Source of the DNA: Alphaproteobacteria bacterium
GTDB lineage: Bacteria > Pseudomonadota > Alphaproteobacteria > RF32 > CAG-239
Assembly: GCA_017546885.1 (NCBI GenBank)
Contig: JAFYRQ010000027.1
Span: forward strand, 1 to 24,229
DNA length: 24,229 nucleotides
Direction of reading: 5' to 3'
The notes beneath the pieces were generated by a model, which saw nothing but the letters and a program-made list of their open reading frames with translations, ran no database searches and was not told the DNA's origin. This document shows, one piece after another, positions 7,286 through 18,437 of this stretch (within the stretch, counting starts at the first letter, position 1; each line of letters begins with the position of its first letter). The position numbers were made by a program, and so were the translations under genes.

Positions 7286-7957
7286 ATGGTTCTGTTAATA
7301 CATCATCCGATTTCACCTTTCTCTCGTAAAGCCAGAATTCTTATGGGAGAAAAGCGAATATTGTTTGTATTAAAAGAAGAAGATCCGTGGAATCTGTCAG
7401 AAGAAGCTATGCGCCTTAATCCTGCCGGAGAGTTACCGATATTTGTATTTGACGGCAACGTTATCACCGGAAACAATGCTATCTGTGAATTTTTAGAAGA
7501 AGTTCACAACGACAAAGATGCAAAGCTTATCAACGGCGATATAAGACATCATGCCGAAATTCGTCGATTGACGGAATGGTTTGATTATAAGTTTTATCGA
7601 GAAGTATATCGCAATTTGGTAGCAGAAAAGGTTTTTAAGCGTTTCACGTCCGGCACAGCTCCCGACTCACGAGTATTAAAAAAAGGCATAAACAACTTAA
7701 AATTTCATATGGAATATTTGGACTGGTTATGTGAAAACCGCAAATTTTTGGCAGGTGACAATTTTTCTTTGGCAGATATCAGTGCGGCAGCACAACTTTC
7801 AATCATTGATTATTTAGGAGATATTTCTTGGGATGATTATAAAAATGCCAAATTATGGTATTCAAAAATAAAATCCCGTCCTTCTTTCAAAGAAATATTA
7901 AAAGATAACATCAAGGGAATTTTACCCTCAAAACATTATAGTAACTTGGATTTTTAG
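7286..7957 (+). CDS. fzlA: FtsZ-binding GST-fold protein FzlA
   Basis: HHPISPFSRKAR..MGEKR, LNPAGELP, AEIRRLTEWFDYKF, EKVFKRF, LSIIDYLGDISW, WYSKIKSRPSF and C-terminal HYSNLDF all follow Caulobacter FzlA as recalled. Start placed at ATG 7286 after GGGGG; the alternative is GTG 7271. Confidence 0.88.
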   Translation: MVLLIHHPISPFSRKARILMGEKRILFVLKEEDPWNLSEEAMRLNPAGELPIFVFDGNVITGNNAICEFLEEVHNDKDAKLINGDIRHHAEIRRLTEWFDYKFYREVYRNLVAEKVFKRFTSGTAPDSRVLKKGINNLKFHMEYLDWLCENRKFLAGDNFSLADISAAAQLSIIDYLGDISWDDYKNAKLWYSKIKSRPSFKEILKDNIKGILPSKHYSNLDF

Positions 7958-7959
7958 TC

Positions 7960-8472
7960 ATGAAAAAATATGTTATTTTACTTCTTTGTATTTTGGCACT
8001 AAGCTCTTGCTCAAGCACGGCAGGCGGAGAAAAACGTCCGAGAAGACCTTGGTGGCAAATTCCTCCGTTCAGTTGGTTTGATGCTCATGGTGACGGACAA
8101 GAAATTTTTCACTGGCAACGTCCACGTACCAGTGTTCAGAAATTTGCAACCGACCATAAGTTTTGTATGACGGAGGCAGCACAATTTAAAATGATACCTT
8201 TTGTAAAAAAATGGTTCCATGAAACGATGTATACTGAAGAAGCGAATTTGGAAATAAGAGCCGATTGGAACGGAAAGAGCGGTATATGGGCCAGTTTTGT
8301 GCCTTATCCTGGGGCACAACCTCTTATGGTAAATACCCCAACACCGCAAGATGATGATGATATAAATTATCAAAAATATGTAAATTGCATGGAAGCCAGA
8401 GGCTATGTTACCCGTATCTATGACATACCTGATTCTACAAATTTATATTTGCGTAAAAAGGTTTCTCAATAG
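7960..8472 (+). CDS. Hypothetical lipoprotein
   Basis: MKK plus hydrophobic stretch plus lipobox LSSC. Starts 2 nt after the fzlA stop. Contains D..FCM and Y.NCMEARGY motifs. Confidence 0.8.
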   Translation: MKKYVILLLCILALSSCSSTAGGEKRPRRPWWQIPPFSWFDAHGDGQEIFHWQRPRTSVQKFATDHKFCMTEAAQFKMIPFVKKWFHETMYTEEANLEIRADWNGKSGIWASFVPYPGAQPLMVNTPTPQDDDDINYQKYVNCMEARGYVTRIYDIPDSTNLYLRKKVSQ

Positions 8473-9857
8473 CCACCGCCTATTGACTTATAAAAACTGA
8501 TTATATTTTGATAAATTGCCCCTCGAGCAACAACCAGGTTATTTTGTGCTTCAAGGAGATTTTGCTCGGTTGATAAAATATCACTGAACTCTGATAATCC
8601 TGATTGATATTTAACTTTCATATTATCAAAAACTTCCTGCATATTATTAACCGAGCGTGTCAAAGCAATAACTTTATCATAACCTTTATTTGTCGCTTCA
8701 ACAGAATTACTTATATCTTGAATCGCCCCCAATAACGCATTTTGATATAAATATAAATATTCTTCTTTTATTGATTTGTTTAGCTTAACCTGATTTACTA
8801 ATTGTCCCCAGTGTAAAACAGGAATATTAACCACCGGAGTATATCCGTAAGCAGGATTTTCAGATTTTCCCAAGTCTTTAATCAGGTGAGCTTGCCAACC
8901 TAATATCGCCGTTATACTAACACTCGGAAACATATCGGCCACTGCTTGACCTATATCGGCATTTTTTGAAATCAGCATATTTTCTGCCATTTTAACATCC
9001 GGACGATTTCTTATTACTTCAACCGGAAATTCTCTCAACTTTTGCAAATTAAACGCAAATGTTTTTCTGACAATATTATTTTCGGTAGTATCAAGCTCCG
9101 CAATTTCTTCCGGCAATTTATCAAGCAAAATCGCAATAGCATTTTTATACGCTTTTACCTGATATTCCAAATCCGGCAATAATGATTTAGTGGTTTGAAC
9201 CGCATATTCTGCCTGATTTAAGGCAATATCATCAGCTAAACCTGATTTATACTTATCTCTGACCGTATTATATATTTCTTTTTGCAAACGTAAATTTTGC
9301 TTTGAAATTCGCAACCTTTCTTGTGTTGTACGCAACAAAATATAATTATTCGCTACCTCTGCCGTCATACTCAAAAACACATCATTCAAATTATTTGCCG
9401 CTGCACGATATAATGCTTGAGCACTTTCTCTCAAACGACGTCCTCCGCCCCAAATATCTAATTCCCAAGAAGCATCTAAGCCTAATCGATAATAGCTTGT
9501 TTTGTCACCTAATTCCTCATATTTCGGAGCATACATATAGTTATACTCACCATTAACATCAAGCATCGGAAAATATCGTACTTCACTGATATTCAACGAA
9601 TATCTGGCTTGTCGCAATTTTTCCAAAGCAATTTTTACATTAGGACTGTTTTGTAAAGCTTCGCCTATCAAGCGATTTAATGTTTCATCACCAAAATCCC
9701 GGTACCAAAAAATATTTATCGGATAATTTGAGTAATAATCCACTCCTAAACTGTTCACTAATTGCTGATTATTCCAAAATATCGGGCTTTCATAATCCGG
9801 TCCTACCGAACAGGAAGCCAGTAACAATATTGCCCCGATTTTACCTAACTTCCTCAT
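8466..9857 (-). CDS. RND efflux outer-membrane factor lipoprotein (OprM/NodT family)
   Basis: Lipobox LLASC followed by [25 protein letters not shown]-terminal YKSIGGGY. Confidence 0.93.
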   Translation of the reverse strand: MRKLGKIGAILLLASCSVGPDYESPIFWNNQQLVNSLGVDYYSNYPINIFWYRDFGDETLNRLIGEALQNSPNVKIALEKLRQARYSLNISEVRYFPMLDVNGEYNYMYAPKYEELGDKTSYYRLGLDASWELDIWGGGRRLRESAQALYRAAANNLNDVFLSMTAEVANNYILLRTTQERLRISKQNLRLQKEIYNTVRDKYKSGLADDIALNQAEYAVQTTKSLLPDLEYQVKAYKNAIAILLDKLPEEIAELDTTENNIVRKTFAFNLQKLREFPVEVIRNRPDVKMAENMLISKNADIGQAVADMFPSVSITAILGWQAHLIKDLGKSENPAYGYTPVVNIPVLHWGQLVNQVKLNKSIKEEYLYLYQNALLGAIQDISNSVEATNKGYDKVIALTRSVNNMQEVFDNMKVKYQSGLSEFSDILSTEQNLLEAQNNLVVARGAIYQNIISFYKSIGGGY

Positions 9858-12800
9858 TATTATTCTCCTTACTTTTTACCTTTGAGCTATATTCTTTTAT
9901 ACTTTCAAACAATGCGAAATATGCCGGAATAAATATTATTCCTACAAAAGTTGCAGCAATCATGCCGAAAAAAACCGCTGTTCCGATTGCAATTTGACTG
10001 GAAGCCCCGGCTCCACTGGCCACAATCATCGGAAAAACACCTAAAATAAAAGTCAATGCAGTCATTAATACAGCACGAAATCGCTCCCCTGCTCCTTTTA
10101 TCGAAGCCTCAAGTATGCTATCGCCTTTTTCACGATAAGACTTTGTAAACTCTACTATCAATATTGCATTTTTTGCCGCCAAACCTATTAGCATAACCAA
10201 ACCGAGTTGCGCATATATACTCAACGATTGTCCCATCAAATGCAAACCGATTAATGCTCCCATAATTGCAAAAATTGTTGAAAACATAACTGAAAATGCC
10301 AACATCCAACTCTCATACAAAGCAACCAAAAACAAATAACAAAATACTAGAGCCAAAACAATCAAAACGACTACTAAACCGGAAGCTTCAACCTCTTGTA
10401 AACTCAATCCGGTCCATGCTATTTTGTAACTGTCCGGAGATAATGTGGAATCTACTTCTTTCTCAACAGCATCAATAGCTGTTCCGGTACTTACTCCGTT
10501 AGCACTCTGAGCAACAACCGACGCATTTTGATATTGATTGTATCTGTTTATGGTTTTAGGAGACAATGATATTTTGACATCGGCAAAACTTCCTACTTTT
10601 ATCATGGAACCGTTAGCAGAACGAACATAGAGATTTTTTATATCCTCTATACTGCTTCTATAATCAAAATCAGCCTGAACAATAACTTTATTAACCTGTC
10701 CGCTCAAAGTTATATTATTTACATATCTTGAACCTAAATTATTTTGGAGAGTTTCAAACAAATCACTAACCTGAATTTTATATGATTCAAGCTTTGTTCT
10801 GTCTATATCCAAAAACACATGGGGCGCATCGGCAGTATAAACACTGAAAGCATAAGCTAAATCAGGATTTGAGTTTAATACTCCCAAAAACTTTTGCAAA
10901 TTTTCAAACAGTTCATTTGATGTAATATTTTGATTAATTGCCAAAAACTCCATCGTTAAACCGTTACTGTTTCCGATACCGGGAATTGCAGGAGGGGCAA
11001 AAAAGTTTATTTTAGCTCCGTTTATTGATGCAAATTCTTGAGTTAATTTTTCGGTTATTCCTTCAACAGATGTATTTTTTGTTTTTCGCTCATCCCATGG
11101 GTTTAAGCCTATAACCCCCAGAGCAACATTTTCGCCTGCTCCGCCCAACATACTGTATCCGGCAACACCTACAAAATATTTTACACCTTCAACTTTTCTT
11201 ACTTTTTCACCGATTTCTCCTAAAATTTTATTTGTCTGATTTATGCTTGAAGTATTGTCCAGCTGAATATCTCCGAAAATAATCCCTTGGTCTTCTTCAG
11301 GTAAAAATGATGTCGGAGTAAACTTAAATCCTAAACCTAAAATGGCAATAATTACCAACGTTAAAATTGTTGTTATTTTCAACTTTGAAGCAAAAAACTG
11401 AACCGCAATCAAATATTTTTGCTTAAAAAAATCTATCATGTCATCAAATGATTTAAAAAATCCGTGCGGTTGTTGCTGCTTATCATCTCGCAAAAATATT
11501 GCACAAAGAGACGGACTTAATGTCAACGCGTTAAAAGCCGAAAAAACAACAGCAGTTGCTATTGTAACCGCAAATTGCTGATATATTTTTCCGGTAATAC
11601 CGGCCATTAATCCGACGGGAACAAAAATTGATAAAAGAACAAATGTAGTTGCAATAATCGCACTTCCTATCTGTTGCATTGCTTTTATTGAAGCATTATG
11701 CGCATCCATATTTTCATAAGCCATCAAATATTGAACTCGCTCAACAACGATGATTGCATCATCAACAACCAAGCCTATCGCCAAAATCATAGCAAATAAG
11801 GTTAGAATATTTATATCAAATCCTAAAGCATATAAAACGGCAAAAGTAGCTATCAGTGATACAGGTATTGTTATTAGCGGAATTAATGTTGTTTTTGCTT
11901 TTTGTAAAAACAAATAAGTTACAGCTACCACAAGCAAAAACGTAATAAACAATGTTTCTATGATTCCGGCTATTGAGGCTCTCACATATTGAGTTGAATC
12001 ATAAGCAATTTTAAATTCTAAATCTTCGGAAAACGTTTTTGATAAATTTTCAATTTCCTTGGCAACATCATCCATAATATTCAACGAATTTGAGCCCGGA
12101 GTTTGACTTAAAGACATAATAACCGCAGGCGCATTATCAAAACTTGCATTCATAGTATAAGTATCCGCCCCTAGTTCGATTCGGGCTATATCTTCCAAAT
12201 AAACGATTCCACCGTTATCTGATGTTGCGACTACAATCTTTTTGAAATCCTCAACATTATTTAATAGTCCCTTGGCCGACAATGACAATACCATATTTGC
12301 TCCTTGTTTTGCCGGTGCAGACCCTATACTGCCTATTGAAGCCTGAACATTTTGAGAAGCAATAATATTAACTATATCTGTACTATCTAATCCCAATGAT
12401 GATATTTTTTCCGAATTTAGCCATACTCTCATACTATATTGCGGACCGAAAATTTGAACATCACTGACTCCGCTGACACGACCTAAAGGATTTTTCAAAT
12501 TCACATAAGCATAATTACTTAAATATAAATCATCATACGTATTATGAGGAGAACGCAAAACTAACAATGCCAACATATTTGACATTTCGGTAGTAACCGT
12601 AACACCTTCTTGTTGAACAATTGACGGCAGTTGCGACATAACCTGACTTAAGCGATTCTGCACCTTAACCTGAGCAATATCCGGATCGGTACCGACATTA
12701 AAAGTAATGGTGAGTTTATAATTTCCTTCGTCGTTTGATGTAGAACTCATATATAACATATCTTCCACACCATTAATTTGGTTTTCAATCGGAATTGCAA

Positions 12801-12987
12801 CCGTATCAACCACCACTTGAGCGCTTGCTCCCGGATAGGTAGTACTTACAACAATTTGCGGTGGTGTAATTTGAGGATATTGTGAAACAGGTAAAACAAA
12901 AATTGCCAATAAACCGATTAAGACCATAATTATGGACACAACGGCAGCAAAACGCGGTTTGTTTATAAAATATTGAGAAAACATCAT
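9841..12987 (-). CDS. RND efflux permease, HAE1/AcrB family
   Basis: 1048 aa; [15 protein letters not shown], proton-relay motifs [25 protein letters not shown] and R.RAVLMT intact. The start could be the second ATG at 12984. Confidence 0.96.
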   Translation of the reverse strand: MMFSQYFINKPRFAAVVSIIMVLIGLLAIFVLPVSQYPQITPPQIVVSTTYPGASAQVVVDTVAIPIENQINGVEDMLYMSSTSNDEGNYKLTITFNVGTDPDIAQVKVQNRLSQVMSQLPSIVQQEGVTVTTEMSNMLALLVLRSPHNTYDDLYLSNYAYVNLKNPLGRVSGVSDVQIFGPQYSMRVWLNSEKISSLGLDSTDIVNIIASQNVQASIGSIGSAPAKQGANMVLSLSAKGLLNNVEDFKKIVVATSDNGGIVYLEDIARIELGADTYTMNASFDNAPAVIMSLSQTPGSNSLNIMDDVAKEIENLSKTFSEDLEFKIAYDSTQYVRASIAGIIETLFITFLLVVAVTYLFLQKAKTTLIPLITIPVSLIATFAVLYALGFDINILTLFAMILAIGLVVDDAIIVVERVQYLMAYENMDAHNASIKAMQQIGSAIIATTFVLLSIFVPVGLMAGITGKIYQQFAVTIATAVVFSAFNALTLSPSLCAIFLRDDKQQQPHGFFKSFDDMIDFFKQKYLIAVQFFASKLKITTILTLVIIAILGLGFKFTPTSFLPEEDQGIIFGDIQLDNTSSINQTNKILGEIGEKVRKVEGVKYFVGVAGYSMLGGAGENVALGVIGLNPWDERKTKNTSVEGITEKLTQEFASINGAKINFFAPPAIPGIGNSNGLTMEFLAINQNITSNELFENLQKFLGVLNSNPDLAYAFSVYTADAPHVFLDIDRTKLESYKIQVSDLFETLQNNLGSRYVNNITLSGQVNKVIVQADFDYRSSIEDIKNLYVRSANGSMIKVGSFADVKISLSPKTINRYNQYQNASVVAQSANGVSTGTAIDAVEKEVDSTLSPDSYKIAWTGLSLQEVEASGLVVVLIVLALVFCYLFLVALYESWMLAFSVMFSTIFAIMGALIGLHLMGQSLSIYAQLGLVMLIGLAAKNAILIVEFTKSYREKGDSILEASIKGAGERFRAVLMTALTFILGVFPMIVASGAGASSQIAIGTAVFFGMIAATFVGIIFIPAYFALFESIKEYSSKVKSKENNNEEVR

Positions 12988-14114
12988 TTATTCTCCTTCT
13001 CACCGCTTATCTCGTTTATTTTTACCTTTTGTTCGTCGGGTTTTAAGGTAATTTTTTCGGCAACAAGCTTCATTGTCGGCAAAAAATTATTTTCAAGAAC
13101 ATAATTATTGCCCGATTCTGCCAATATTTTCACATTATGTTTTTTTACGATATTTCCCTCGGTTACATAAACGAAACTGTTTTCCGATTGCAACGTAACC
13201 AAATCTTTATTTATCAAAATTCCTTTGTAATCTTTTGCAACCATTACCGTCACATAAGCCTTATCCATGAGCTTTTGTTTCGGATTCTCAAAATCGGCAT
13301 ATACAGCTACGGAATTTGTTGTTCTGTCTATCTGATTATCCGAATACTTAAACACTCCCTCATATTCATAAACATTACCGTTTGCCAGTTTTAATCTGAT
13401 TCGTTCATCATCAAACATTTTTTCTTTGGCATTTTCTTCCAAATAATCTTTATCGCTGATTGAAAAAACAACTCGCATCGGATTGGTCTGAATAATGCTG
13501 AAAAGAACATTTTGCGGAGAAATATAATCCCCCTTTGTCAAGGCAACATTTCCGACAATACCGTTAATTGTCGAAGTAACAACCGTATATCCTAAATTTA
13601 CTTCTGCTTGTTTTACATTAGCTTTTGCCTGATGCAAAACCGCTTGCGATGCCAAAAAAGACGATTTTGCATTATCTGTTTCTGTTTGAGAAACCGCTTT
13701 TAAACCGGCATTTTTTATTCTTTCATAATAATTTCTGGCATATTCAAAATCGGCTGTCGCCTTAGAAAGAGAAGCATTAGCAGCATCAAGAGCAGCCTGA
13801 TATTGCTCTTGTTCCATAACCACTAATTGTTGTCCTGCGCTAACTTTTTGTCCGCCTTCTACCAAAACTTCACTTACAAAACCGTTTATATAAGGTTGAA
13901 CACTAACATCATTTATCGGAGTCACATAGCCGATATATTGCTTTTCTACCGCAACATTTTTTTCAACTATCGGGACAACATTAATTTCTGCTTCCGACAT
14001 TTCTTTTTCGGGCAAACTAATTTTATGATGTAAATGCCATCCTAACCAAGCCGCAAAAATTAAAAAAACAAGAGCTATAATCCAAGCATGCGCGTATCCT
14101 TTTTTATCAACCAT
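12984..14114 (-). CDS. RND efflux periplasmic adaptor (membrane fusion protein, AcrA-like)
   Basis: N-terminal TM anchor, VQPYINGFV...V..GQ lipoyl half-motif, helical hairpin, [11 protein letters not shown]. Its stop overlaps the permease start (ATGA). Confidence 0.93.
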   Translation of the reverse strand: MVDKKGYAHAWIIALVFLIFAAWLGWHLHHKISLPEKEMSEAEINVVPIVEKNVAVEKQYIGYVTPINDVSVQPYINGFVSEVLVEGGQKVSAGQQLVVMEQEQYQAALDAANASLSKATADFEYARNYYERIKNAGLKAVSQTETDNAKSSFLASQAVLHQAKANVKQAEVNLGYTVVTSTINGIVGNVALTKGDYISPQNVLFSIIQTNPMRVVFSISDKDYLEENAKEKMFDDERIRLKLANGNVYEYEGVFKYSDNQIDRTTNSVAVYADFENPKQKLMDKAYVTVMVAKDYKGILINKDLVTLQSENSFVYVTEGNIVKKHNVKILAESGNNYVLENNFLPTMKLVAEKITLKPDEQKVKINEISGEKENK

Positions 14115-14250
14115 TTTGCCCTCTTCGTAAAAATTAAACTTATGATTTAAATAATTTGTGTTATTAACAATTCAAGCCGTAATTTTAATCAAATTTTTAG
14201 ACATTACATGTAAGTTATAATGAATAAAAAAGTTCCGGGGAGCGAATCAG

Positions 14251-15288
14251 ATGTTATATAGTTTTCTAAATGCCTATACTGCCGACTTTTTGGCATTTTT
14301 TACTTCATTAATAATAATGCTTTTATGCGGCAAAAAATTTATTAAATTAATGCGTGCATGGCAACATGAAGGGCAGCCGATAAGAGAGTGCGGACCTAAA
14401 AGCCATTTGGAGACAAAAAAAGGAACTCCTACAATGGGAGGAATTTTGATTTTAGCTTCAATTATAATATCAACTTTGCTCTTTGCCAATCTCAAACAAG
14501 GAATGACCTGGGTATGTTTAGGTGTTATGATTGTTTTCGGAATTGCCGGCTTTATTGATGACTATGTAAAAGTAAAAAAACATACTCCTAATGCAATGAC
14601 CGCAAAAGTTAAACTGCTAATTCAATTTGCCGTTGCTGCCGGAGTAGCATATTTTGCCACAACACAATATGAAGCCCCTATGAACTTTAGCATTATTGTT
14701 CCCTATCTCGACTTCCCGATTAATTTGTGGTGGTTTTACATACCGTTTGCCATGGTTGTAATTGCCGGTGCTTCCAATGCCGTAAACTTAAGTGACGGAC
14801 TAGACGGATTGGCAGCAGGCTTGCTTATTCCTCCTTTTATGGTTTTAGGATTTATTGCTCTTTTAATCGGCTTTGAATATTACGATTTTATGCCATTCCC
14901 GAGTTTAAGCATCATTTGTTCTGCCGTTATCGGAGCTTGTTTGGGATTTTTGTGGTTCAACTGCTCTCCTGCTCAAATTTTTATGGGCGATACCGGTTCT
15001 TTGTCTCTCGGTGCCCTTTTGGGAACGATTGCTATTTTGGCTAAACAAGATTTATTATTGGCAATTATAGGTTTTGTTTTTGTTGCAGAAGCTTTGTCGG
15101 TAATGATACAGGTTTTTTGGTACAAACGCACCAAAACAAGAGTATTTTTAATGGCTCCCATTCATCACCACTTTGAACAAAAAGGGTGGAAAGAAACAAC
15201 TGTGGTAATACGTTTTTGGGTTATCGGTTGGTTGGTTGCCGGCCTCGGAATGCTCGCAGTTGTAAGCCCTACCGCATGGGGAAACTAA
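14251..15288 (+). CDS. mraY: Phospho-N-acetylmuramoyl-pentapeptide transferase
   Basis: KKGTPTMGG, GFIDDYVK, NAVNLSDGLDGLA, FMGDTGSL, APIHHHFEQKGW. Confidence 0.97.
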   Translation: MLYSFLNAYTADFLAFFTSLIIMLLCGKKFIKLMRAWQHEGQPIRECGPKSHLETKKGTPTMGGILILASIIISTLLFANLKQGMTWVCLGVMIVFGIAGFIDDYVKVKKHTPNAMTAKVKLLIQFAVAAGVAYFATTQYEAPMNFSIIVPYLDFPINLWWFYIPFAMVVIAGASNAVNLSDGLDGLAAGLLIPPFMVLGFIALLIGFEYYDFMPFPSLSIICSAVIGACLGFLWFNCSPAQIFMGDTGSLSLGALLGTIAILAKQDLLLAIIGFVFVAEALSVMIQVFWYKRTKTRVFLMAPIHHHFEQKGWKETTVVIRFWVIGWLVAGLGMLAVVSPTAWGN

Positions 15289-16416
15289 ATGCTGATATCT
15301 CGCGGTAAAAATAACTTTTTTACAAATTGGTGGTGGACTGTTGATAAAATATTACTCGGTTGTATTATCGCGTTAATTACCATAGGGGTAATTTTATGTT
15401 TTTCAGCCTCCCCGGCTGTTGCCGAAAGAGAAGGTTTCGGAAGTTATCACTTTATAAAACGCCACCTGATATTTGCTCCTGTTGCACTAGGAATTGTTAT
15501 TTCTTTATCTATGCTAAAACTTAAAACCATCCGCAGAATTGCTCTGTTAGGATATTTAGTTGCCATGATATTGGTCGGGATGACTTTTTTCCTAGGAGAA
15601 GCGAACAGAGGTGCATCTCGTTGGATTCCTTTTTTTGGTTTTACTTTACAACCTTCAGAATTTGTAAAACCATTCTTTATCATTATGGCCGCTTGGCTGT
15701 TTAACGGACAAAAACAACAACCTGATTTCCCCGGAAATTTCTTGTCAATCGGACTGTTTATAATTACGGCAAGCGCGATACTTTTTCAACCTGATATCGG
15801 AATGACTACCGTTGTATCCGTCATCTGGGCCGCTCAATTAGTGTTAAGCGGAATTCCGTTATTTTGGATAATTATATTAGGTATATTGGCTATTATCGGA
15901 GTAATAATCGGATATTTTACTTTTCCGCATTTTCAGATGCGCATACTTCAATTTTTCGCCTCAGGAAATGATACACCATATCAAATTAAACGTGCAAATG
16001 AAGCTTTTGCAAGCAGCAATTTTTTTGGCAGAGGTCCCGGAGAAGGAATAGCACGCTCTCATATCCCAGATGCCCATACAGACTTTATTTATGCCGTAAT
16101 TGCCGAAGAATACGGATTTTTTATCTGTCTTGCCGTTGTCCTTTTATACGCAACAATAGTTATTCGCTCGCTCATATTATCATGCAGAGAAAACAATTTT
16201 TTCATTGTTTTATCTGTTTCGGGACTTGCTCTGTCTTTCGGTATTCAAGCAGTAATTAATATGGCATCAACTCTGCAATTAATGCCAACTAAAGGTATGA
16301 CCTTGCCGTTTATATCCTATGGCGGTTCTTCAATATTGGCATCTGCAATAGGTATGGGAATGCTTCTGGCAATCACTCGTAAAAACTCTCATGCGGAGGA
16401 TAAAGATAATGTCTGA
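15289..16416 (+). CDS. ftsW: SEDS peptidoglycan glycosyltransferase FtsW
   Basis: GASRWI, QPSEFVKP, QPDIG, PDAHTDFI, EEYG, PTKGMTLPFISYGGSS; located between mraY and murG. Confidence 0.96.
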   Translation: MLISRGKNNFFTNWWWTVDKILLGCIIALITIGVILCFSASPAVAEREGFGSYHFIKRHLIFAPVALGIVISLSMLKLKTIRRIALLGYLVAMILVGMTFFLGEANRGASRWIPFFGFTLQPSEFVKPFFIIMAAWLFNGQKQQPDFPGNFLSIGLFIITASAILFQPDIGMTTVVSVIWAAQLVLSGIPLFWIIILGILAIIGVIIGYFTFPHFQMRILQFFASGNDTPYQIKRANEAFASSNFFGRGPGEGIARSHIPDAHTDFIYAVIAEEYGFFICLAVVLLYATIVIRSLILSCRENNFFIVLSVSGLALSFGIQAVINMASTLQLMPTKGMTLPFISYGGSSILASAIGMGMLLAITRKNSHAEDKDNV

Positions 16417-17515
16417 CAGCAAAAAAAAACTCATAATTCTAACTGCCGGTGGCACCGGAGGACATGTTTATCCTGCGGATGCACTTGCACAAGAACTTGA
16501 AAAACGCAACTATAATTTAATGTTGGTTACGGACCAAAGAGGACTGAACAACTATCACGGCAAACTGAGCGAAATTGAAAACAAAGCCGTATTAAGCGGT
16601 GCTTTAGTCGGTAAAAATATTTGGTTTAAGATAAAAAGTTTAATTAAAGTTTCTTTAGGTATTTTACAATCCGTTTATATTATTATCAAATATAAGCCCG
16701 AGTGTGTTGTAGGTTTCGGCGGATATGCTTCATTTCCTTGTGCAGTTGCTGCCATCCTGACAGGAACAGATTTAATAATTCACGAACAAAACTCGGTTAT
16801 GAGCCGAACAAATCGCTTTTTAGCTAAATATGCTTCTAAAATAGCCACAAGCTTTCCTAAAACAAAATATGCTCCGCAAGGAAATCAAACTGTTTTAACC
16901 GGTATGCCGGTAAGAACAACAATATCTGCACTTTTTGATAAACAATACAAACAACCTGAACAAAACGGAAAATTTAATCTGTTGGTTCTGGGCGGTTCAC
17001 AAGGAGCAAAAATCTTCTCGGAAGTCATACCGCAAGCAATTAAATCTCTTGATGAAAAAATTCAGCAAAATATTCATATCACGCAACAGTGCAGAAAAGA
17101 TGACATTGAGCTGTTGCAAAAAGAATATTCGGATGCAAAATGTTCTGCCGAAATATCAAATTTCTTCAAAAATATGCCGGAATTATATGATACGAACCAC
17201 ATTATCATATCTCGCGCCGGTGCTTCTTCCGTTTGTGAAATTGCAGCTGCGGGAATTCCGTCAATTTTAGTTCCGTTACCGACGGCAGCAGACGATCATC
17301 AAACATTTAATGCTTCCGAATTTAAGAATAAAAATGGCGGCATGGTAATCGCTCAAAAAGATTTCACAGCCGAAAAACTGCAAGAAATATTGGAAAAATT
17401 TATAAATAATCCGACAGAATTGGAAATAATGGCAAGAAACACCAAAAAATTTGCAATCATTGATGCCGATAAACGTCTTGCCGATGTTGTAGAAACAATT
17501 ATAAAGAGAGGTTAA
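16409..17515 (+). CDS. murG: Lipid II N-acetylglucosaminyltransferase MurG
   Basis: GGTGGHVYP, GFGGY, HEQN, GGSQGA, RAGASS, DDHQ..NA. Start reassigned to ATG 16409 behind GGAGGA at 16395-16400. Confidence 0.97.
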   Translation: MSDSKKKLIILTAGGTGGHVYPADALAQELEKRNYNLMLVTDQRGLNNYHGKLSEIENKAVLSGALVGKNIWFKIKSLIKVSLGILQSVYIIIKYKPECVVGFGGYASFPCAVAAILTGTDLIIHEQNSVMSRTNRFLAKYASKIATSFPKTKYAPQGNQTVLTGMPVRTTISALFDKQYKQPEQNGKFNLLVLGGSQGAKIFSEVIPQAIKSLDEKIQQNIHITQQCRKDDIELLQKEYSDAKCSAEISNFFKNMPELYDTNHIIISRAGASSVCEIAAAGIPSILVPLPTAADDHQTFNASEFKNKNGGMVIAQKDFTAEKLQEILEKFINNPTELEIMARNTKKFAIIDADKRLADVVETIIKRG

Positions 17516-17516
17516 T

Positions 17517-18437
17517 ATGTTTAATTTTTTCAAAAAGAAACCTATGCTTAAACTTCTCCCGAAAGTTAAAGGAAAATACTTAAATAATGTCAATTTAAGC
17601 AAACATACGTGGTTTGGTGTCGGTGGTCCTGCCGAAGTTATGTATATTCCGTCAGATGAAAATGATTTGAGCTATTTTTTAAAAAACTGCCCTAAAAATA
17701 TTCCTACTTTTGTAATCGGTGGCGGTTCAAATTTGCTGGTGCGTGACGGTGGCATTCCCGGTGTGGTAATCAAACTCGATTCGCCATCATTCAAAAAGAT
17801 AACCTTAGGTGATAACGAAATAACCTGCGGAGCCGGATTAAAAAATATTGAACTGAAAAAACACTTGATTGCCAATGAATTGGGCGGACTGGAATTTTTA
17901 TGTTCAATTCCGGGAGTAATCGGCGGGTCGGTAAAAACAAATGCCGGATGTTTCGGAAAAGAAGTTAAAGATGTTATAACCTCTGCTCAGATTATAAACG
18001 GAGACGGCGAAATTAAAACCATCGGTGTAAAAGATTTAGAGCTTGATTACAGAACAAGTTGTTTTCCTGATGATTGGATTATCTTATCAATCAGCTTTAA
18101 AACAACTAAAGACAGTAAGGAAAATATTGAAAAAACTTTAGCAGAGCAAAAAGCATATCGACAAGCCAATCAGCCATATAACCAAAAAACTGCCGGTTCA
18201 ACTTTCAAAAATCCCAAAGGATTGCGAGCATGGGAATTAATAAAAAAATCCGAATGCGATTCGTTGGTTGTCGGCGGAGCAAAAGTTTCTGATAAACATT
18301 GCAATTTTTTGATTAACACCGGCAATGCTACCGCAAAAGATATTGAAACCTTGGGGGAAACCATAATATCTCAGGTTCGTCAAAAAACATATATCACACT
18401 TGAATGGGAAGTTAAAAGAGTAGGCATAGATAAATAG
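17517..18437 (+). CDS. murB: UDP-N-acetylenolpyruvoylglucosamine reductase
   Basis: TWFGVGGPAE, GGGSNLLV, IPGVIGG...NAG, YRTS, GSTFKNP, HCNFLIN, LEWEV. Confidence 0.96.
   Translation: MFNFFKKKPMLKLLPKVKGKYLNNVNLSKHTWFGVGGPAEVMYIPSDENDLSYFLKNCPKNIPTFVIGGGSNLLVRDGGIPGVVIKLDSPSFKKITLGDNEITCGAGLKNIELKKHLIANELGGLEFLCSIPGVIGGSVKTNAGCFGKEVKDVITSAQIINGDGEIKTIGVKDLELDYRTSCFPDDWIILSISFKTTKDSKENIEKTLAEQKAYRQANQPYNQKTAGSTFKNPKGLRAWELIKKSECDSLVVGGAKVSDKHCNFLINTGNATAKDIETLGETIISQVRQKTYITLEWEVKRVGIDK

Noticed and set aside
15040-15060. MraY KQDL where E. coli has RQEF (position linked to phiX174 protein E resistance)
   Set aside because: Aliphatic residues at this position are common natural variation; there is no evidence of selection.
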